Assembly: GCA_013265495.1 (NCBI GenBank) | Contig: MU058676.1 | Coordinates: 1-53,681 of the forward strand | Direction: 5' to 3' | Length of the DNA: 53,681 nucleotides | Origin: Vicugna vicugna | Taxonomy: Eukaryota | Shown here: piece by piece, positions 47,466-53,681 of the stretch | Numbering within the stretch: position 1 is the stretch's first letter | Layout of the letters: each line of letters begins with the position of its first letter | Notes under the pieces: model-generated | What the model was told of the DNA's origin: nothing | The model's database searches: none | The model's input: only the letters and a program-made list of their open reading frames with translations | Made by a program: the position numbers and the translations under genes

Positions 47466-49525
47466 GCCCCTTGAAATATGTCTATGTACTAGTTTGCACT
47501 CACTTCTTGTGTGTTTGTCTTAGTCAATCTATCTTTTCCTTGGAGAGAGCACTTTTTACTCACCTCAGAGGTGTATGTTCATCTTTCCAGAGCTTTTAGG
47601 GGAAGTAAAGTGTGACATTTTTTGATACAATCTGTGCCAAAAAGTAGAAATACATCATCTGCTCAGGAACAAGAATCCCAACATAAAAAAAAAACAAAAA
47701 CAAATGGTAGGAGAACCAATGCATAGGCAAGGAACTTAAATAACATATTAGAGTGTCTGAACACAAACCTGGAGCCTGACAGCTTCTAGGTATTATTTCA
47801 TGAAACTCCAGGATGACCATTATGATTTATTCATCAATCAGGTCTATGGCTCACCCTAAGGCTGCTTGACTTAATGCCAAGTACTAGCAATTGCAGTGTC
47901 ACATGATTATAGAACAGGGTTCATCTGAAGACCCCAAATCTGCCAAAGAAGACCGATGCCCTGCTTGGGAAAACTTTCTATCAGAAGAAGCACATGGAAA
48001 GTCAAGAAGGCACTGGAACATTCCAGGAATAGGAGACTGAAGCAAAGAAAGTGTGTAAGGAGTGAATTAAGTAGTCATTCAAGGAATCCAAGAAGTAGTA
48101 AGTAGGTAAGGGAAGTAATTAATGGCTAGTCATCTTTTCTGAAAGCTTTGACATTTCATTACCTAGGCTGTGGTCTTCTGTGACCGGAGGGCAACTCGGA
48201 TTTGCTTCAGGAAGGCAATTTGCAGTTTCTGTGACTTTAACTTAAGAGCATATGTCATCAAATCATTTTTGGCTTCAGAGTGAGGCTTCCAAAGTTTCAG
48301 ATTTCTGCTCTAGATCCAATTTTTATGTGCCTTAATCACTTTTTACTAGCCTTGTTTTTGCCCCTTAAGTCAAGTGAAATCAAGCCCTAATCTCTGCAAA
48401 GAAGAGTTTTGTTTTCTTTTCAATCCTGGTTTCTCCTTACCTCTTAACTGAAATATTGTACACTGCTGCCACCGAAGAATTAATTTTTCATGCCTGACAA
48501 TTCAGCAGATAATGTTACTTCTTTGTAACAAGTGAAATGTAGTTTGCTTGGGGCTCACTTGCATATGAAATGGAGTATTGTTAAAGCTGGAAAAACCAGG
48601 AAATCCCCAAGCCACTGCTTCTGTTGGTCCAACAAAGGGATCCCTCATTTTTTATTCATTGTTGTGGGGCCAATTTACAGAGTGACAAATCTCTGATAAG
48701 GGCCAGAATCTAGCGACCATCTTCTCTGATGCCATCAATCAAGTGCACTAGACTTTGGTGGCAATTCCCTTCCACAGGCATGGTGAGCAGACTCTGCTAA
48801 TGGATTTTGGCACTGTGCTGTAGCCCCCAGAATCACCAACTATGACGAGCATCTGAGCTGTGTGAGTTAAAGGGAAAAATCTACCCATGTGAATAACCCA
48901 TGTTTTTCTCCCCTTGACTGCAAAGATTTTGCTAATTTCCTAAGCACAAAGCAAGTTTAATTAAAGCCAGTGGAGCAAGAGAATTCCACAGTCGAATGAA
49001 TTTTTATGTAGCTCGCACATTCGGAGCCAGGCAAAATATGAATTATGTTGATATAAGCTTTGTTTGGTAAATAGTCTCACTCCAGGCACTTCTCTCAATC
49101 CCTGGGACACTTTTAAGTGTTTACTGAGTAGAGCTCCCCTCTCCCTCCTCCTCTTTGTAGCCCCCCCCAAGCATACCCCTGTCTTTTGGATGTATTAACA
49201 ATCATACCCTCCTTCCAAGAAGCACAAGGTAGAAGCAAAACTCAACAAGGAAAGTACCTCTGCTTGCCCTTGGCCCAACTCTGGGCTTCGACTCTTCCAT
49301 CAGCCCCTTCTCTCCCTGACAAGTAGCAAAATGGTCAGAGACTCCACTCAGGATTCCCCCACCTGTTTGGGTACCTGTGAACAGCACTTTCCCATTTGCA
49401 AAGAGGTCCTTTTTTTTTCCCTTATCAGTAGTAATTGTCCATCTGGAAAGAAAAGGATTTTTTTTTTTAAGGTTAGAAAATAATAAAGTGGATATATGCT
49501 TACTCTTATAGAATTCCATAGAATA

Positions 49526-50011
49526 TGTCAACTGAAATAAATGCACAACCTAAAAGCTGAGAATTATGTTTTATTTGGTGGACATTTTCTGAGGACTTGA
49601 GTCTGGGATCATAGCCTCCCAGATTGTTCTGAGGGACTGCTCCAAAGAGGTAGGGGAGGAGCCAGGATAAATAGGAGCTTTACAACAAAGACCAGGTAGT
49701 CAGAACATTAAAATGTTACTTGTTAACTAAAGAAAACCAGGCTTCTCAAGTTAAAGAATTTAGTGTTTTTCTATGTATGGGAGGGAGCTAATATTGGGGC
49801 TCATTGAATTCATTCCTTTGACAAGCACCTAGCTATCTAGGGCCAGTATCCTGTCCTTTCTTATTGTGAGTCCCTGCAGGGTGCACCATGGTGAGTGGCT
49901 GCAGAGGCTGGGCTGCAGGCTTGTCTTCACTGGGGGGTGACAGTGTCTGATGACGTGATGGCTTCAGCAATCTTTGTTTTCTGATATGGCTTGCAGTATT
50001 TTTCATTCACA
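49526..50011 (-). mobile_element. ERV1-type solo LTR (486 bp), TSD AATA
   Basis: TGTCAACTG...CATTCACA, flanked by AATA at 49522-49525 and 50012-50015; minus-strand AATAAA at about 49571-49576. Confidence 0.9.
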
Positions 50012-50249
50012 AATAGGATGGCTTGAAAAGAGAAAAAGCAAAGGAAGTTCCCATTTATCATTATCTTTTTCATATTCTATACTTTTAATGGCATTTTTAC
50101 CATTAAATAAATTTTCTCTGTATTCACAACACTGTATTTCTACATGAATTCAAACTTTTTATTGATAACTTATTTTTAACTGGATTTGGATGAGCAGATT
50201 TTTGCACATCTAGGCCAAATTCAGAAACCAACTAACTGAGACACTGATG

Positions 50250-52220
50250 AATTCACTTTTATGCAAATATTTACTGAATGCAGCCACATGCCAGGCATTC
50301 CTCTAGACTCTGGAGATTCAGCAGTTAATAAAAGTCTTCATGGATCTTACATTCTAATTAGAAGAGACAGATGATAAACAAAATATTAAGTGGTACAGAG
50401 GGAAATGAATGAGGGGAAGCGTGTGGGTTCAAGTGACTTTTAAAATGCTGGGTGGACAAATCCTTCTGGGGAAAGTATATTTATAAAGTCTTAATGAGGT
50501 GTGGAATAGTCACAGAGTTATCTGGAGGAAACACTTTTCAGAAAGATAGAAACATCCAGTTCTGGGCCTGAAGCAGGAACACCCCAGACATAAGCTCTGG
50601 GACTTGCATGAAGGCTGGTGGGCCTGTGCAGAGTGAGCATTATGAGCCGAATTGTGTTGCCTAAAAAAGAGTCATGTTTTGAAGTCCTAATCTCTACTAC
50701 CTCATAAAGTGTTTAGAGTTATGGTCTTTAAATAGGTAATTAAATTAAAATTAAATTATTAGGGTGGACCCTGATCCAATGTGACTGGTATCCTTATATT
50801 AAGAGTAGTTTAGGCACAGACAAAAACAGAGAGAAGGCTATGTGAAGACACTAGAAGAAGACAGCCATCTCCAAGTCAAGGAGAAAGGCCTCAGAAGACA
50901 CCAACCTGGTTGACCTCTGTTTATCTCTTGGCCTTGGACTTTTACTTTCTAGAACTAGGAGAAAACAAATTTCTGTTGTGTACATCACCCAGTGTGCGGT
51001 GCTTTGTTATGGCAACCCTGGTAAACAACTACAGTGGACAGAGGGAATGTAGTAGGAAATACGGTCCAAGAGCCCAAGGGGATGCGGATCGAGTCAGACC
51101 TTACCTACAGGCCCTTCTCTATGATGAATTTGCACCACACCACGCAGACATAGCATGTACCAAGGTGCTGGCAGGAAGGGCCTGACTCAGCAAACAGGCT
51201 AGATGTGAATCTGGGAGTTCTAGAAGAGAGAAGGGGCCTCAACCCCACAGCTTTATTTATGCATTAGCACATACTTATAGATTAGCCTAAGAGAGGTTAG
51301 GGAATGCATAGTTTCTCTAAATAACAAGGAATTGCATCAGGAAAACTCCTGGTCAAGAACAATACCAGAGATTTTGTATGCAGAGTGCCAAGGTCTGCAC
51401 ACTCAGGTCCTGGGGACAGCTTTGCATGCTGGGAATAGTAACATCAGCTGGACGTCTGCCTCTTCACAGACACTTCCAATCCCAGGGAGCTAGCTGTCTG
51501 CTGAACCACCACCAAAAGTTGGAAGGAAACGAGCCTCTAGGACCGTTTGGATTTGTCTCTAGTTTACTAGAGTCAAGGATGAACCCAGTATTTTCTTGTG
51601 AACAACTGGAAATACACATTTGGTATTAGAACAAGATTTGTCTTGGATGTAGCAGATATAAAATATCTTGGTAGGCATCCAGGCAGAGACAGCATGAAGG
51701 GACTTAAATAGAACAGGATAGATTTGGGGGATAGCATTGGGTTGGAGATTAAATTTTAGGAATCATCAGCATAGAGATGATATTCAAGTCATAAGATGGT
51801 AGAACAATCATCACAAAAATGTATGTAGACAAAGTAGGCAAGAGGTCCAAGGGTTGAGCTCGGGGTCCCATCACTAGGAGGTCAGGGAGATGAGGAGAAA
51901 TCAGCAACACAGACTGAGAAGGAATAGCCTGTGAGTAGGAGGCAAAGGAGAATATGAGGTCCTGGGAGCCAAGTAAGATGTTTTGAGGAAGAAGCACTGA
52001 TCAGTGTTGTCAAAGACTGAAGATCTGGACTTAACTACTGAGTTTCCAGTAAGTATGCCATAGATGACTTTGACAGGATGGGTTCAGATGAGGGGTAGAG
52101 GGGGCCTTACTACAGAAAGGTTAAGAGACAGTGGGAGGAAAGTACCTCAAGACAAGGAGTACAGGGTATTCTTTCTAGAAGTTCTGCTATATAAAGAGGA
52201 ACAGAGCAATGGGACAGTAG
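50250..52220 (-). mobile_element. Long L2a remnant with nested insertions
   Basis: Tail GCAAATATTTACTGAATGC..ATGCCAGGCA; later GAGTCAAGGATGA, ATCAGCATAGAGATGATATT, GACTGAGAAGGA, GATGACTTTGACA, GAAGTTCTGCTATA. Confidence 0.85.
50638..51033 (+). mobile_element. MLT1B-like MaLR solo LTR nested in L2
   Basis: TTATGAGCCGAATTGTG..TTGAAGTCCTAA...AGGGTGGACCCTGATCCAATGTGACTGG...AGGCCTCAGAAG...TTTGTTATGGCAACCCT..ACA; degenerate TSD GTGAG/GTGGA. Confidence 0.9.
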
Positions 52221-52384
52221 TGCTAGTGTGATTCCATGTGGAAGCCCATGAGTTTCTGCATGAGGAGTGCGATGTCTGCTTCCTCTTGGTTTCCTTAGCA
52301 CCAACATCCAGCCTACTATGTAGTAAGTGTTTCACAAGTATTTCCATATAAAATTGAGAAAGTAGAAAGAAGGGGAGATACTGC

Positions 52385-52981
52385 TGTTACCAAGGGGAGG
52401 GGAAAAATGTTACCTTGGTTCTTTGTCACCCCCCCACCAAAAATGAACTTTTAATGAGAAACAGACAGCATGATATAAACAGACTTTTTATTAGTAAAGT
52501 AAAAAGGTAGTAAAATGTAGTACACACCCAAGAGAGGAAGAGTGGTGTCGCTCCTTTGTTTTTCCTGTTCTTATATCCTGGCTTGGGAGCGTTTTCATGA
52601 TTGATTGATTGATTGATGGCTTATGTTCTTTGTGTGTTTGCGCTGATTGATTGAGGGCTCACGTTCCTTGTGCCCAGACACGCCCACATCTTTTGCGCAT
52701 GTTCTTACCCATGATGCACACAGAGAAAAACCTAGAGGCGGAGGCTCAAACTGCAATCAATTACATTATAATGAGCGTTGGGTCATGTTAAGCCAGGTCC
52801 TTCTCTATGGTGCAGAAGAAGCATTCAATTCTAGCCAGCTTCTTTGCTGGCCCTCATTTAGACAAAGTAAAAGTTTTTGGAGCCCTTTATCCTGAGCACA
52901 GGCATACTGCTATTTTCTGGGTTGCTCTCTCCCCTATCCTCTCCCATTGCCCAGTGCTCATTTCTATTGAACTACCTAACA
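52385..52981 (-). mobile_element. ERV1-type solo LTR (597 bp), TSD CTGC/CTAC
   Basis: TGTTA...TAACA inverted termini. Minus-strand AATAAA at about 52487-52492 and GGATATAAG at about 52570-52578. Homologous to the LTR at 13190-13746. Confidence 0.9.
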
Positions 52982-53350
52982 CTACCACTTATTGAGGATC
53001 TATTATGTGCCTAATGAGGATCTGAATACTTAACATTTTCTTTTACTTTATTAACAAAAGGCACCTGCAGAAAGATAAATGGCAAATGCTCACTCAGGAA
53101 ATGATGGAAGATGCACCAGCCACCACAGAATCTTCCTCCACTGTAATCTCCGTGCCTATCCACCTCTGTTTTCCTTTACATAGACTCTGAAGATTAACCT
53201 GCTTTACCACTTATGATTTAAAGTCACCATCATTCTCTTATTTCCTGATTTCTTTATTTCCTACTAAAATCTGTGCCCTTCATTGACACCCAAACAACAA
53301 TATGACCAAAGGTTCTTTGTGTATAAGGGGTTTATTATAAAAAAATATAT

Positions 53351-53681
53351 TTGTTTTTTAAAACATTTTTTGTTGAGTTATAGTCATTTAACAATGTTGT
53401 GTCAATTCCAGTGTAGAGCACAATTTTTCAGTTATACATGAGCATACATATATTCATTGTCATGTCACTTTTTCACTGTGAGCTACCACCAGATCTTGTA
53501 TATATTTCTCTGTGCTATAGCATATAATCTTGTTTATCTATTCTACATATGCCTGTCAGTATCTACAAATTTTGAACTCCCAGTCTGTCCCTTCCCACCC
53601 CACCCTTGGTAACACCAAGTTTGTATTCTATGTCTGTGAGTCTGTTTCTGTTTTGTATTTATGTTCTTTTTTTTTTTTTTA
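53351..53681 (-). mobile_element. Relatively young L1 3'UTR (same family as 17579-18330), runs off the window
   Basis: The reverse complement shares TATAGCACAG.GAAATATATACAAGATCT..GTAGCTCACAGT..ACTGAAAAATT..TATAACTCAA with 18181-18330. Confidence 0.9.

Noticed and set aside
13190..52981. A giant provirus or composite element bounded by the two related LTRs
   Set aside because: Each LTR has its own distinct TSD, the two are substantially diverged, and the interval is ordinary ancient genomic DNA without retroviral genes.
1..53681. Prokaryote-type systems (CRISPR, operons, defence islands), processed pseudogenes or non-retroviral endogenous viral elements
   Set aside because: The sequence is mammalian and repeat-rich, with no repeat-spacer array and no recognisable protein homology beyond L1. 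A very degraded pseudogene or viral element cannot be excluded without BLASTX.

Overview
This window is AT-rich, CpG-depleted mammalian genomic DNA, most likely from a camelid (alpaca, llama or camel). The taxon call rests on two tRNA-Ala-derived Vic-1-type SINEs at 29.25-29.47 kb; two related, relatively young L1 3' ends are consistent with it. I find no host protein-coding gene, no true tRNA or rRNA and no CpG island. The only ORF with recognisable homology (17640-17858) is the C-terminus of L1 ORF2p. A large fraction of the window is transposable-element remnants: ancient L2, MIR, L3, L1M, HAL1, MaLR/ERVL LTRs and hAT/Tigger elements, often nested. There are also four ERV1-type solo LTRs whose 4-bp target-site duplications (TSDs) can be read directly, and one 318-N assembly gap. 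I cannot support a claim of a novel multi-gene biological system. The best leads are: two solo LTRs of one family 39 kb apart, one with an expanded (TGAT)5 array next to its TATA box; a promoter-like YY1/ETS/CCAAT cassette in an unclassified 313-bp insert; a 15-bp-stem hairpin at 10.8 kb; several TE-free islands with homeodomain-type motif clusters; and three exon-like segments. Repeat family names come from recalled consensus similarity, not a database search. Boundaries without TSDs are approximate to tens of bp.
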